A DNA stretch of 64,000 nt from Camelus ferus. Its lineage: Eukaryota. Below the pieces are notes generated by a model. That model made no database searches. It had not been told where the DNA came from and saw only the letters and a program-made list of their open reading frames with translations. The position numbers were made by a program, and so were the translations under genes. The stretch is from contig NC_045696.1 in the NCBI RefSeq assembly GCF_009834535.1, positions 1 through 64,000 on the forward strand. The letters run 5' to 3'. Positions 42,001 to 56,100 of this stretch are shown piece after piece (positions within the stretch are counted from its first letter, which is position 1; each line of letters starts with the position of its first letter).

Positions 42001-45000
42001 TTAGTGGCAAAATTAAGACTGTGTGCATCTTACAGGAAGTGCTTTCTCCTGTCCATGTAGTCCTTTCAGTAATGGATGTTTCCTCGATCGACCTGTTCTC
42101 TGAGGTGAATATTGGGATTACCCTGGGGGTTTGAATGCATGGCCTCTATCTCAAGTAAGCAGAGGAAATTTTCTCAATGCCTCAAACTTGTTAATCCCAA
42201 CAAGTCAGAAGGATGTTTCCCACACAATCTTTCCTGTAGTGACTAAAACCAAAAAGATGCATTGCACAGTACGTCCTAGTCTAGAGAGACTCCATTAGGA
42301 ATGTTTCAAAATTCACTATCAATTGCCTAAATTCAAACGAAATAGAGATGAAGTGAGCTATCTCACTGTGAGTGTGTGAGAAAGCCTATCTCAGCTCTTA
42401 GATATGCTTGCTTCCCAAAAAGAGAAAAACTGCTTTATTACATCAGCACAGGTGAGGGATATTTTCCACACTCATTGTGTTCCCAATATGTGTAAAGTGT
42501 CAAGGTTTGGGTTGATGTGAGTGAAATTACAAGACCCATTCAATCAATCAACTTTGCACCTTCATTAAGATGATTCAAGTAAGCAGTGTCAAGTGAGGGT
42601 ATGTGCCTGATCCAAAGATGAGCTGGTGCCAATGTCATTTAGGTCAGGAACATAGGAATAATTTCAGATACCATGGAAATCAGTGCTCACGAAGTGTCCC
42701 GTGTGTTTGCTGAACTTTTTGCCATTGATTCCCATGATACGACGAATACTTAATTTCGGAACAATAAGCTGGTTAGGAAGAGATCTTCTCCCACTTCTGC
42801 TACCGTGGTTGTCCTTGTCTCTGGGAATGGTTTCAAACTGGATTCAATTTGACAACTCAAGTTAAGGTTGAGAGAAACATTTTCAGAACCTGAGACATAG
42901 GCTTCTTTCCCATTTACTGTACCCATTTTTCCCAGAACGGCACAAGACTGAAATCATCCTTACCCATTTCATTTCATGCAGTGAACGTGTTGCAAGGTCC
43001 TGTGCATGAATCTAAATGTCGTAGAGACACTCCTAAAATTGGCTTTCTGCATTCACTCTCTCTTTGAATAAGTTAGTTCAACATAAGAGAAAAACTATGA
43101 TTCCTTCTGGAATAGGAGCCAAGATCGTGTGGAACACTGACACACAGTCGTTTCACAAATGCCAAAGTTCTGTGACTTGCAAACAAAGCATTGGTGTTAA
43201 TTTCCTTCAAATATGCATTTTCTAAAATTGAGATGTGCTAAAGCATTCATTGAAGAAAAGCACTGATTTAGGAGAGATTACCCTCCAAGCTGTCTTCTTT
43301 CTTAGGAATCTTCCCACAGAAATCTTCATAATGGGTGGTTTAAAATATCTACATAGGATGATGAATGTATGCTTCTGAATGTGCAAATGGGCTCGCTTCC
43401 ATCCTTGAAATGCAATGTGTCCCCAAAAATGAAGTGCAATAAAACAGTCCCATGTATTCCTCCAAACAGGGAAGTTAGAGAAGGTGAATTTTACCTGATG
43501 TAACACTGAAGTATGTTTCTCTGCATTCCTGATAGATTTTGAGTGAGCTGCTGTTGACTCAGCTGGGATGAGGTTCTTAATGTCACTTTGCCAGACGTGC
43601 CTTCAAAACATGGAGGGACAGCTCAGGCCAAACATGAAAATCCCAGATTTTGCCATCAAATCCCAAGAAGGGAGTGTACCTCATTTTGTCTGTTTCTAAA
43701 ATGAAACACAGGGAAGCATTTATTTCAGGTAGACCAGAATTGCAAGAGGATTGCTAGCAGTATTCTTTTTTCCTTCCTTTGGATGCCTTCGGTGGTCATG
43801 GCAAGATCTGGAGAAGCTGGGTTACTGAGACTGAACTTGTGAAACGACATTTCCAAGTACTCACAGGCAGTAATTGACAGTGTGCTGTGCTCTACCAAAA
43901 TCATGGATAACATCAACTCACCCAGCTGCATATTATTTCCTAAGAATGAATGTTCTAAAACCTGTGGAACACAGGTCGACCTATCTTGGAGATATTCTCA
44001 CAAGAATGTTTGTCTCACCATAACCTCATGCCAGCTAGAATATTTTTCATGATGAATGAAGTTGAGGAAATAAAGTCAGGATGTCTTGAAATCTTATGGA
44101 ACATGAAGACAGGCTCGTACTCCAAAGACAAAACCTTATATTTTAAAACTGCAAGAAGCCCAAAAATTCCTCTTGTGCTTAGTTCCAAGTTGGGAACCGT
44201 TTTCCACAAGTGGGTGTACCTAAGACAGTGAGCTTCATACTGTCCAAGTAGTCCTTCCAGCATGTGAAAATATGCTCGATCAAGACATTCAGTGGGGGGA
44301 ACTTGCAGAATTCACAGTGGGTTTAAATTCAATGCCTCACTCATAAGCTAGATATAAGATGTTCCTCAATCGCACCACTTACATGATTCCAAAAAGGCAG
44401 AAGGAGTTTTCACACATACACTTTTTTGTATAGTGACAAGTACCTAAAAGCTGCATTTCACAGCCCCTCATTTTCAAGAGACATTCTGTCAACAAAATTT
44501 CCAAATTAGCAAGTTACGTTCCTAATGGCACATAAATAGGAGATGAAGGGACTGGGCTCAATATGAGTCTTTGAGAAAGCCTATCAGAACTTGGATATTG
44601 GATGGCTTCCCCAACACCAAATTTCTCTTATTCCTACAATGAAGAGGAAGGAAATTTTTTCACATTCACTTTATTCTCATGATGCATTACCAATGTGCGT
44701 TAGGTTTGATCTTATGGAATTTAGATGACCCATTCAAACAATCCTCTTTCCACCTTGCTTAGAATGGTTTGGAACAGCTGGGTCTTCTGATGGGCTGTCA
44801 GTGTATCTATGATGAGTTTGGGCCAAGGACCTTCAGGAGAGGAACACAGGCTACTTAAGTTAAACCGTGGAAACTCAGGGCTTGTAGAAACTGCAATGTT
44901 TATTCCTCTATTCCGTTCCATTCCTAGAATGGTATGACTGTCTGAGATTCAGCACAAGAAGCTGCATAAGAGAGATCTTCTCCCAATTTTCTCACTTCTA

Positions 45001-48000
45001 TTGGCATGCTGTTCGGGAACATTTTCAAGCTGGATTCTATGTGACACCTTGAAAAAAATTGGAGAAAAATTATTTCGGAACCTGGATATAGAGTTATTTC
45101 CATTTCATAGAAAGTATTTTTCCCAAGATGGCACATGGTGGAAATCAACATTACCCGTTATATTTCCATAAGGGGATACTGTTGGAAGTTTCCAGTGCTT
45201 GTAGAAGACGGTCACAGGAGGCTTTCCTGCAAACGGCTTGCCACAGATTTTCTTACTTTTTGAAAGGCAGATCAACATGTGGGAAAAGCCTTATTCCATG
45301 TTCAGTAGATTCAAAGGCTTTGTGGACCACTGAAATGGACCCGTTTCCCAAATGCCTAATTTCTGTATCTTGCAATGAAGGAGTTGGGGTGAATTTTCTT
45401 CAAACGTGCCTTCTCCAAACTTGAGAATTGTTAAAAGATATATTGAACTGAAGCACGACTCGTTCAGGAGAGAGTACACTAAAAGCTATATAATTTTGTT
45501 GTATAGTTCCTACAGAAATGATCATGAGATCTGAAGGAAATTATCTCAGGTCCATGAAGAAAATACGTCCATGAGAATTTGCAGATAGGATCACTTTTGT
45601 CTCTAAAAATCAATGTGTCCCCGTAGAAGAAGTGCAGTGAAAATTGGCACACATCGTATTCCTACACTTAGCAAAGTTTCTGAAGTTAAATTTCACATAA
45701 TGTAACAATGAAGAGCATTTATTTTCACCAACACATCATTTTTCCTAATAGCTTTCCAAGGAGCTACTTTTGGCTGAGTTGAAATGTGGTTCTTAGTGTC
45801 ACCTTCCCAGATATACCTTCATAAAATGCAGGGAACCTCAGGCCAAACATGGAGAACCCTGCTTTTATCATAAATAACCTGGAAGGGAATTTCCCAAAAC
45901 CCTTCTGTTCTGTAATAGTGCAATATGTAAAGCAATTGTTTTCAGCTGATATGAACTGAAGATGATTTTCTAAAGAGCATTCTTTGCACCTTACTTTGGA
46001 TTCTATCTGTGGACAGTTTAGATCAAGGTGAAGATTATGTACTTAGGACAAATTTCAGCAGAAGATTCTCACATTACGGACAGTCCTTTCTTCCCATTAG
46101 GTAAAAATTATGCACTTCGAAAGTCGGAGATAATGTCAAATTAACCTCTCCCCAAGATTATTGCAGATTTGCAAGTATTCAAAATCTGAGGTGCCCAGAG
46201 AGCCCTAAATACGAGAAAACTTCACAAGATTCTTGATCTTGCATTCAACTGATGCTAAAGAGGATGCATTTGAAGATGTTTGAAGTTGAGGAACAAAAGG
46301 CAGTTTGCATGAAGTATTCCAGAACATAGTGATAGGCTCGTGTGCCAAAGATACAAACCACATATTGAAAAAATGTTGGAAGGCTGAAAACTTCCTCAGG
46401 TGATTGTGCCTAAAGGGGGAAGAGAACGGGCTGTGGAATATTCATTCCTTTTGAATTAGTTCAAAATGTAAGACTGGCTGCATCTAACACAAAGTGCTAT
46501 CTCCTGTTAAATAGTCCTTTCAGCAAGAGGAAATTTGCTCGGTCCGCACGTTCAGTGAGGTGAACATGGAGATTTCACTAGGGATTTGAAAACACGGCCT
46601 CAATCACTAGTAGTACATGGTATTTTTTCTCATTCCCTCAAAATTGGTGATCCCCACAGGGCAGAAGTTTCCCACACACTATCTTTCCTGTGGTGTCAAA
46701 ACCTAACAAGATGCATTGCAGATTAGCTCTTCCTCAAGAGACAATCTGTTGTCAATAATTGCAACTTCATGGATATTTGCCTAAAGAAACCCGAGGCAGA
46801 GATGAAGTGACCTACCTCACTGCGAGAGTGTGAGTAGGCCTACCAGATCTCGCCGTTCCATTTGCTTCCCAAAATCACAAACACTCAATTATCAGCACAG
46901 CACACATGAGGGTCATTGTCTGCACTCATTGTAACCCCAGTAATTGTCAAGTGCCAAAGTTTGGGTTTATATGAGTGAAATTACAAGACCCTAATCATAC
47001 AATCTTCTTTGCACCTTTTTTCGGATGCATCCAGTAAGCAGTGATAACTGAGGTGTTGGGGCTGTTCCAAAGAGGAGCTGGCACTAAGTTCATTCACTGC
47101 TGGAATATATATTTATTTGGGAAACCATGGAACTTACTGCTCATGATGAGGCCCACGAGGTTATTTCTTATTTTTGAATTAATTCCCAAGGTGGATCGAT
47201 TGTCTGAAATTCAGAACAAGAAGCTACTTAGGAATAGATATTCTCCCAATTCAGCCACCATTTTTGGCATGCTCCCCAAAATTTTTTCAAGCTCTGTTCA
47301 ATGCAAAAATCAAGATCATGCTTAGAGAAACTGCTTCAGAACCGACATATAGGCTTCTTTCACATTCACGGAAACCCATTTTTCCAGAAAGACACAAGAC
47401 AGGATTCATCCTAACATGTTCATTTTGAGCTGCAAACAGGTTGGATGGTCTAGTGAATGGAGCCGAATTTCGTTGAGACTCTCCTACAAATGGCTTTTCT
47501 CACCCACTCTCTCTTCCATAAAGTTATTTCAGCATAAGTCAGAAACTGTGATTCCATGTGGAACAGGAGACAAGAAATCTTGGGACACTGACACACAGCG
47601 GTTTTCAAACTACCAGAATCCTCTGACTTGCCAAATATGTGATGGAGTGAATTTCCTTCAAAATTGCAGTATCCAAAATTGAGAATTTTGATATAATATA
47701 CTGAACCCAAGCACTCATTTAGTAGAGGTTACAATTCATGTTGTCTCCTGTTATACTTCCTACAGAAATTTTCTTAACACGTGTAAAGAAATATCAAAGC
47801 TTTTTGATGAAGAGAGTCCTTTCCAAAAGTACAATTGTGCTCACTTGCCTCCTTGAACATAAATGTGTCCCGAAAAAGGCAATGCAATGAAAACTTGCCC
47901 ATGTTGTGTTCCTCCAATTAGGGAAGTTATAGAATGAGAATTTGACGTGAACTGACGCTCAAGAGAGGTTCTCTGCACCAAATATTCGGCATTCCTCATA

Positions 48001-50137
48001 GATTTTGAAAGAGGTGTTGTTGACTCATATGAGATTAGATGCCTTAATTTGAATTTGCCTGATGTACCTTAACAACATGGAGTGGTAGCTGAGGCCAAAC
48101 ATGAAAATCGCTGCTTTTGACATCAATTCCCATGGAAAGAGTATCCCACGGCCCTTCTTTTCTGAAATGAAACTAACAGCAAGCATTCATGTGAAGTGGA
48201 CCCAAATTGCAAGAAGATTGCTGGCAGCATTCTTTGCTTCTTTCCTTTCATGCATTCTGTGGACATAGCAAAATCTGGAGAAGCTATATACTGTGGCTGA
48301 AAATGTGAAAAGGCCTTTCAAGTACACCCGGACATATATTACCAGTGTGCTGTGCTCTACCAAACTGTTGGATCACATCAACTCACCCGACCACAAATTG
48401 TTTCCCAAGAGTGAAAGATTCTAAAATCTCTGGTACACACTGCATCGTATCTAGGATTTACTCTCACAAGAATCTTTCTCTCACCATAATTTCATGCCAG
48501 CTAGAATGACTTTCAAAACGGCTGAAGTTGAAGGAGGAAAGTCAGGTTGAAGTGTAGTCTTGTGGAATATGAAGACACGCTTGTACACCAAAGACAAGAG
48601 CCTCACTTTTGAAAACTGGCAGAAGACTGAAAACTTCCAACTTTGCTCAATTCCAAGATTGGAACAGATTTCCAAGACTTGTTTCAGGTAACCAAAAATG
48701 CTTCATTCAGTCAATGAAGTCCTCTCAGCACATGGAAATTCATTCAATAGAGAAGTTTAGTGGAGGGAGCTTCAAGAAATCAAAGGGGGTTTAAATGCGT
48801 GGCCTCAGTTACAAGTTAGAGATTGAATGGGTGCAATATCTCACCACTTATGTAATACCAACAAGACAGAAAGAGTTTTCTCACACACCTTCTTCCCTCT
48901 AGTATCATATATTGACAATATGCATTGCACAGCCCCTCATTTTCAACACACATTCTATAGACATTTTTTTCCAAATTCGCAGGTGACTTGGCTAAAGACA
49001 CTACAAAAGGAGATGAAGGGAGCAGATGCAATGCGAGTGTGTAAGAAGGCCTAACAGAACTTTTAGTTTGGCTTGCTTCCCCAACTGAAATATTCTCTTT
49101 TCCCAGCAACGTTGTTGAAGGAATTTTTTTGCACTCATTTTATTTCCAATATGCAATATCACAGAACATCAGGGTTGATCTGACAGAAATTAGAAGTACC
49201 ATTCAAACCATCCTCCTTCCACCTTGATAAGAATGCTTTGTAACAGCTGGGTCTGCTGAGGGGCTGTATGTGTTTCTGTGATTAGTTGGAGCCATGTCCA
49301 TTCAGGAAAGGAACACAGGCTACTTAGGGAAAACCTGCAAACTCAGGGGCTCCCCTGAGGCCTTCGAAGTTGCTACCCCTTTCCTGTTTGGTTCCCACAG
49401 TGGAAAGATTGTCTAAGGTTTGGCACACTAGCTGGGTAGGGAGATACCATCTCTCACTTCCATCATTTCTTTTCACATGCCATCCTGGAACATTTTAAAT
49501 CTGTGTCCCATTTGACAACTCCAGACAAAGTTGAGAGAAGTTTTTTCAGAACTGGGATTTAGGGTTCTTTCCATGTCAGAGAATGTGTTTTTCCCATGAT
49601 GGTGCAAGGCAGAATTCATCGTTACCCATTTGATTTCCATAAGAGGATATGTTGGAATTTTCTGTGCTTGTAGATGATAGGTCACAGATGCTTTCCTGCA
49701 AACAGCTTGCCACAGATTTTCTTAATATTGTAAAGGCAGATCAACATGTGAGAAAACCCTTATTCCATGTGCAGTAGAGTCAAAGTATTTGGGGACCACT
49801 GAAATGGACCCGTTTCTCAATTGCCTAAATTCTCTGTCTTGCAATGAAAGAGATGGGGCATATTTTCTTCAAACGTGCCTTCTCCAAAATTGAGGATTGT
49901 TAATATTGAACTGAAGCATGACTCGTTCAAGAGAGTGTACACTAAAAGCTGTCTACTTTTGTTGTATAGTTCCTAGAGAAATATTCATGATAGCTGAAGG
50001 AAATTATCTGAGGTCGATGAGAAATTAAGCCTATGAGAATTTGCAGATAGGATCGCTTTTGTCTCTGAAAATCAATGTGTCCCCTCAGAGGAAGTGCAGT
50101 TAAAATTGGCAAACTTCGTAATCCTACACTTAGGGAA
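1..50137 (+). repeat. Macrosatellite, forward arm: ~2.2-kb monomers (types A and B) forming a ~4.45-kb HOR, each monomer built of 9 degenerate ~245-bp subunits
   Basis: The anchor AAGCTGTCTTC (or a variant) occurs at 1063, 3273, 5520, 7721, 9936, 12135, 14347, 16583, 18789, 21030, 23237, 25467, 27681, 29922, 32130, 34360, 36577, 38826, 41038, 43287, 45483, ~47738 and 49946. Spacings mostly alternate ~2210/~2240 bp. The context alternates between A (..cttagtatacttcctacagaaatcttcataa) and B (..ttgtgctattcttcctatagaaaacttcatgag). The array extends past the left edge. Confidence 0.97.
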
Positions 50138-53100
50138 TCATGGGTTTCTCAGATGGTGAACTCTCTTTACAAAATGAGGAAAACTGGGGCCAGCCATTTG
50201 TTGGAAAGTCTCTGACCTTTGGCTTCATGCAGAGAGTCTTTCAACATGCTCCCTTATGTAATTGAAATGGGTCAGGTTGATATCTGCCTTGTGTTATCAT
50301 GGGGAAAAAGTGTTCTGTGTTTGGAATGAAGCCTATATCCAGGTTCTGAAACAATTTCTCTCAAATTTGTCTCGAGTTTTCAAGTGGGATCCAGCTTGAA
50401 AATGCTACTGGGGAGCATGCCATTAGAGGTGATAGAAGTGAAAGAAGATCTCTGCCTATCCAGCATTTTGTGCTGAATCTTAGGCAATCATTCCACTCTG
50501 GGAACCAAATGGAAAAGTTGGAGCAACTTCACAGGGCTCCAGGATCCTGAGTTTCCGTGTTTCCCTAAGTATCCTGTGTTCCTGTTCTGAACGTCCTTGG
50601 TTCCAACTCATCATAGAAACACAAACAGCCCCTCAGCAGACACAGCTGTTACAAAGCATTCTAAGCAAGGTTGAAAGAAGATTGTTTGAACGGGTCTTAT
50701 AATTTCCATCACATCCACCCTAACGTTCACATATGACGCATCTTGGGAATACAATGAGTGCGAAAAAATTTCCTTCATTTGCATTGTCAGGATAAGAGAA
50801 TTTTTGTGTTGGGGAAGCCATCCAAAATCCAAGTTCTGATAGGCCTTCTCACACACTCGCATTAAGGCTGCTTTTTCATCTCCCCTTCTAGTGTCTTTAG
50901 GAAAATCACCTGTGAATTTGGAAATTTTGTCGACAGAATGTCTCTTGAAAATTAGGGGCTGTGGAATGCATCTTATAGGTATTTGTCATGAGAGGAAAGA
51001 GTGTGTGTGGGAAGCCTCCTTCTGCCTTGTTGGGGTCATGTAATTGGTGGGATTGAGGACCCATCCTATGTCTATCTTGTGAGTGAGGCTATACATTAAA
51101 ACCGCCTGTGAATTCTCGAATTTCCCCCCACTGAATGTGTCAATCAAGCAAATTTCCACATGCTAAAAGGACTCCTTGGCAGAATGAAGCACTTTGTGTT
51201 AGCTGCACCCTGTCTTGGAAACCTGTTCCCTTCTTGAAATTGGGAATTGATGGCAAAATAGGGCTTTTCATAATTGGCCATAGTTACCCCTCTAGTTTGT
51301 GAAGGTACATCTGGCAAAGTGATATTAAGATACCAATTTCTGCTCAGATAACCGTGCCTCATTGGAAATCTATGAGGAATACTGAATGGTGTATAGAAAG
51401 CCTCTTCAGCATTTGTCTATCTGAAATTCATTTCTGAATATTCCCTATTTAGAGGAATACAATGTGGCCAATTTTAATTGCTCTGCCATGTTGGGGACAC
51501 ATTGATATTCAGTGACTTAGGTGAGTGTATCTGCACATTCTGGAAGCCATTTTTTCATCATTCAATATATATCATTTACTTCAGCTGTCGTGAATGTTTC
51601 TCTACAAAGAATAGCAAGAAAGAAGGCAGCTTTGAAGGTAATCACTACTAAATGTGTGCTTTGTTTCAATAGAGGCTATACTTCTCAATCCTGGAGGAAG
51701 CATGTTTGAGGGAAGTTCGCTCCATCACCTTGGTTGCAAGTCAGAGAAGTTTGGCATTTGGTAAAAGGCCCCATTTCAGTGTTCCACAAGGCATTGACCT
51801 CTACTCCACATGGAATCACGGTTTTCTCATATGTTGAAATGTCTTTACAAAAGAGACATAAAATGCAGAAAGCCATTTGAAAGAAAGTATCTACGACCTT
51901 CGGCCCCATGTACGGAGTCTTCCACCATGTTCACTGCTGGAAGAGAAACACGTAAGGATAATTTCTGTGTTGTGCCTTGTTTGGAAAATAAAGGTTTCTG
52001 TGAGTGGGAAAGAAGCCTACATCCCGGTTCGGAAGGTGATGTGCTCGACATTATCTCAAGATGCCTAATTAAATGCATCTTGAAATGTTTCTAGAGAGCA
52101 TGCCAAGAAAGGTGATAGAAGTGGCAGAATATCTCTTCATACCTAGCTTATTTTGCCGAATGTTTGACATTCACCCCACCATGGGAATCAAACAGAAAAG
52201 GTGGAGCAACATCAAGAGCCTCATCGAGTGCCCTGAATTTCTGTGGTATCCCTAAGTAGCCAGTGTTCCTGTCCTGAATGGCCTTGGCTTAATCTCATCT
52301 TAGGAAAATCAACAGCCCCTCACATGACACTGCTAATAGGAAGCATTGTAATGAAGGTGAAAAGAGGATTGTTTGAATGGGGCTTCTAATTTTGGTCATA
52401 TCAACCCAAATGTTGGTAGATGACTCATCCTGGAAATGAAGTGAGTGCAGAAAATTTCCTTCATCTGCATTGCAGGATGAGATAATTTCTTTGTTGGGGA
52501 AGAAGCTGAATTACAAGTTCTGATAGAACTTCTCACACTCTAGCAGTAAGTCAGCTCACTTCATTTCATGTATGATTGTTTTTAGGAAAGTCACCCACAA
52601 AGTTGGAAAGATAGCTGATAGAATGTCTCTTGAGGATGATGTTCTGTGCAATGCATCTTCTAGGTATTTGTCACTGGATAAAAGATTGTGTGTGCAAAAC
52701 TTCCTCCTGCCTTTTTTGGATCACAAAGTTTGTGGGATTCAGGAAAAAGCCAATGTCTAACTTGTGAGGGAGTCCATGTATTAAAAACCCCTGTGTAGAC
52801 TCGATATTCCTCTCATTAATCATCTCCATTGAGACAAGTTCCACATGTCAAAAGGACTACATGGACAGGATGAAGCAATTTGTGTTAGATACACCCAGTC
52901 TTGGAAACCTGTTCCCATCATGGAATTGAACACCCTTTGAACCTTTCCATCTTCTGCCATTTTTTGAATATGTGGATTTGTCCTTAGCATAAGAGCCTGT
53001 CTCCATTTTCTGTACAATATCACTGCAACCTGAATTTCGTTCCTAAATTTCAGCCATCCTGAAATGATTTCTATGTGGCCTACAGTCAACAGCAAGTCAA

Positions 53101-56100
53101 AGATTCGTGTGAGAACATCTCCTAGAAAGGACGCTCTGTGTGCCTCAGGGTTCAAAATCTTCAAAACTGGAGCACACGTGTTGGGGGAAGGTTGACTTGA
53201 TCCAAGATTTTGGAAGTGCAGACTTCTGCATAAGGGGAAGAACTGTCCATATGTACTCTGAAAGGACTTTGTTCTAGTTCAGCACCAGTACACCACTTTC
53301 TTCAGGATCTACAATGTCCACAGAAACCATCCAAGGAAAGGTGCATAGAATGTTGTTAGAAAGCCTTTTGCAATTCATGCTTGCTGTACACACAAGATTG
53401 AGGTAGTTTTCATTTTGAGAACAGAAGGGCCGTGGGAATATCCCTTCATGGGAATTGGTGGCAAAAACAGTGATTTTCATGTTTGGCCTGAGCTATCCCT
53501 CCATGTTGTGAAGGTACATCGGGCAAAGTGACATTAAAACACCTCATCTCAGCTAAGCCAACAGCAGCTCTTTGGAAATCTATGAGGAATGCTGAATGTT
53601 TGAAGAGAAATCCTCTTCAGCATTAGTTCAGTAAAATTCACTTTCTGTAACTTCCCTATTTGAAGGAGGAATACAATGTGGGCCACTTTTTACTTCACTG
53701 TCTTATTGGGGCACATTGATTTTCAAGGATGGAAGTGAGCCCATTTGCACATTCAGAAAGGCCTCTGTTCATCATCCAATGTAGATATTTTACTTCAGAC
53801 ATTATGAAGATTTCTGTAGGAAGAATAGCAAGAAAGAAGACAGTTTGGAGGGTAATGTTTCCTAAATGAGTGCTTGGGTTGAATATATCCTATAACACTT
53901 CTCAATTTGGAAGAAGGCATTTTTGAAGTAAATTCGCTTCATCTCCTTGTTAAGGCAGAGAAATTTGGCATTTGGGAAAAGGCTCAATTTCAGTGTTCCA
54001 CAAGGCCTTGGCCTCTACTGTAGATGGAATCATGATATTCTCTCATGTTTAGCTGTCTTTACTAAAGAGAGGAAAATGCAGAAAGCCATTTGTAGGAATG
54101 TCTTTATGACCTTCTGCTATATGCACAGATTTCCAACATGTTCCCTTCTGGAACTGTAACACATAAGTATGATTTCTGTATTGTGCCTTCTTCTGAAGAA
54201 AATAAAAGTGACTTCCTTTGATTGAGAAAGTAACATCTATACCAGTTCTGAAAAAATATGTTTCAAAATGATCAAGCTGTCAAATTGAACCCAGCTTGAA
54301 AATGTTTCTGGATAGTATTCCAAGAAAGACAATAGAAGTTGGAGAAGATCTTTTCCTTCCCAGCTTATGTGACAAATCTTAGACAAACATTCAAATCTGG
54401 GAATCAGAAAAAGTGGACCAATTTCATAGACCTCATTGGGAACCCTGTGTTTCCTCAGTTTCCCAAAGTAGTCTCTCTTCCTGCCTTGAATAGCCTTGGC
54501 TCCAACTCAACTTAGTAACACCAAAAACCCCTTCTTGACACTGCTTATAGGAAGCATCTTAATGAATGTGATAAGAAGATTGCATGTAGGGGTTTTCTAA
54601 TTTCGGTCAGATCACTTCAAACGTAGACAGATGACTCATCATGGGAATATAATGAGTGTGTATAATGTCCTTCATCTTTGTGGTTGAAAGAAGAGAGTTT
54701 TTGTGTAGGGGAAGCAAGAGTAGCCACAAACTGATAGGCTTTCTCATACTCTTGCTTTCATGTGGCTCACTTCATCTATTCTTTGATCATCTTTAGGATA
54801 GTCACCTGTGAATTTGGAAACATTGCTGACAAAATGTCTGTTGAGCAAGAGGTGCTGTGCAATGCATCTTGGAGGAATTTGTCACTAGGTGAATGATTGT
54901 GTGTGGGAAACTTCCTTCTGCTTGTTGGGATCACAAAGTTTGAGTGGTTGAGGAACCATCCTAGGTCTAAATTGTGAGTGAGGACATGCTTTCAAACACT
55001 CAGTGAATCCTCAGTGTTCACTTAACAGAACATCTTGATTGAGGAAACTTCCACATCCTGAAAGGACAATTTGGACAGGATGAAGCACTTTGCGTTAGGT
55101 GCACCCAGACTTGGAAACCTGTTCCTATCTTGGAATCAAAGACATGTGGAAGTTTTCAATCTTCTGACATTTTTAAAATATGAGATTTCTTTTTTGGCAT
55201 ATGAGACTATCTCTATGTTCTGTAAGATTTTAATGCAAGCTGACTTTCATTCTTCAACTTCACATAACTGGAAATGCATTCTAGGTGGCATGCAGTCTAT
55301 GGTGAGGACAAGATTCATGTGAAAATACATCCCAGATAGGATGACTGGTGTGCCTTAGGTTCTAAAATCATGCAAATTTGGGATCTACTAGTGGTGGGAG
55401 GAAGTTGAGTTGTTCCAAGATTTTGGAAGTGCAGAATTCTGCATAAGGGGAATAACTCCATTCGTACTCTGAAAGGCCTTTGCTCAACCACAGCTTTGGC
55501 ACACCAGATTCTCCATGATCTACACTGTCCACAGAAAGCATCTGAGAAAAGGTGCAAAGAATGCTGGTAGACAGTCTCTTACAATTGATGTCAGCTTCAC
55601 TCAAGTGCTTGATGTATGTTGCATTTCAAGAACACAAGGGCCGTGGGATACTCCATTCTTGGGAATTGATGGAAAAAGTAGGAATTTTCATATTTCTCCT
55701 GAGGTATTCCTCCATGTTATGAAGGTCCATCTGGCAAATGGACATTAAGAATCTCATTTCAACTCAGCCAACTGCAGCTCTTTGGAAAATCATGGGGAAT
55801 GTTGAATTATTGGTACAGAGAAGCCCTCTTCAGCATTAGTTTAGGTGAAATTCACTTTCTGAAACTTCCTTATTTGGAGGAATATGATGTGGGCCAATTT
55901 TCACTGCAATGCCTTGTTGGGAACACATTGATTTTCAGGGATAAAAGTGAGACCATCTGCACATTCTGAAAGGCTCTGTTCATCATCCAACATAGATTAC
56001 TTACTTTAGCTACCATGATCATTTCTGTAGTTAGCATAGCAAGAAAGAAGACAGACAGCTTTGAACATAGTCTCTCCTAAACAAGTACTTCCATATAATA

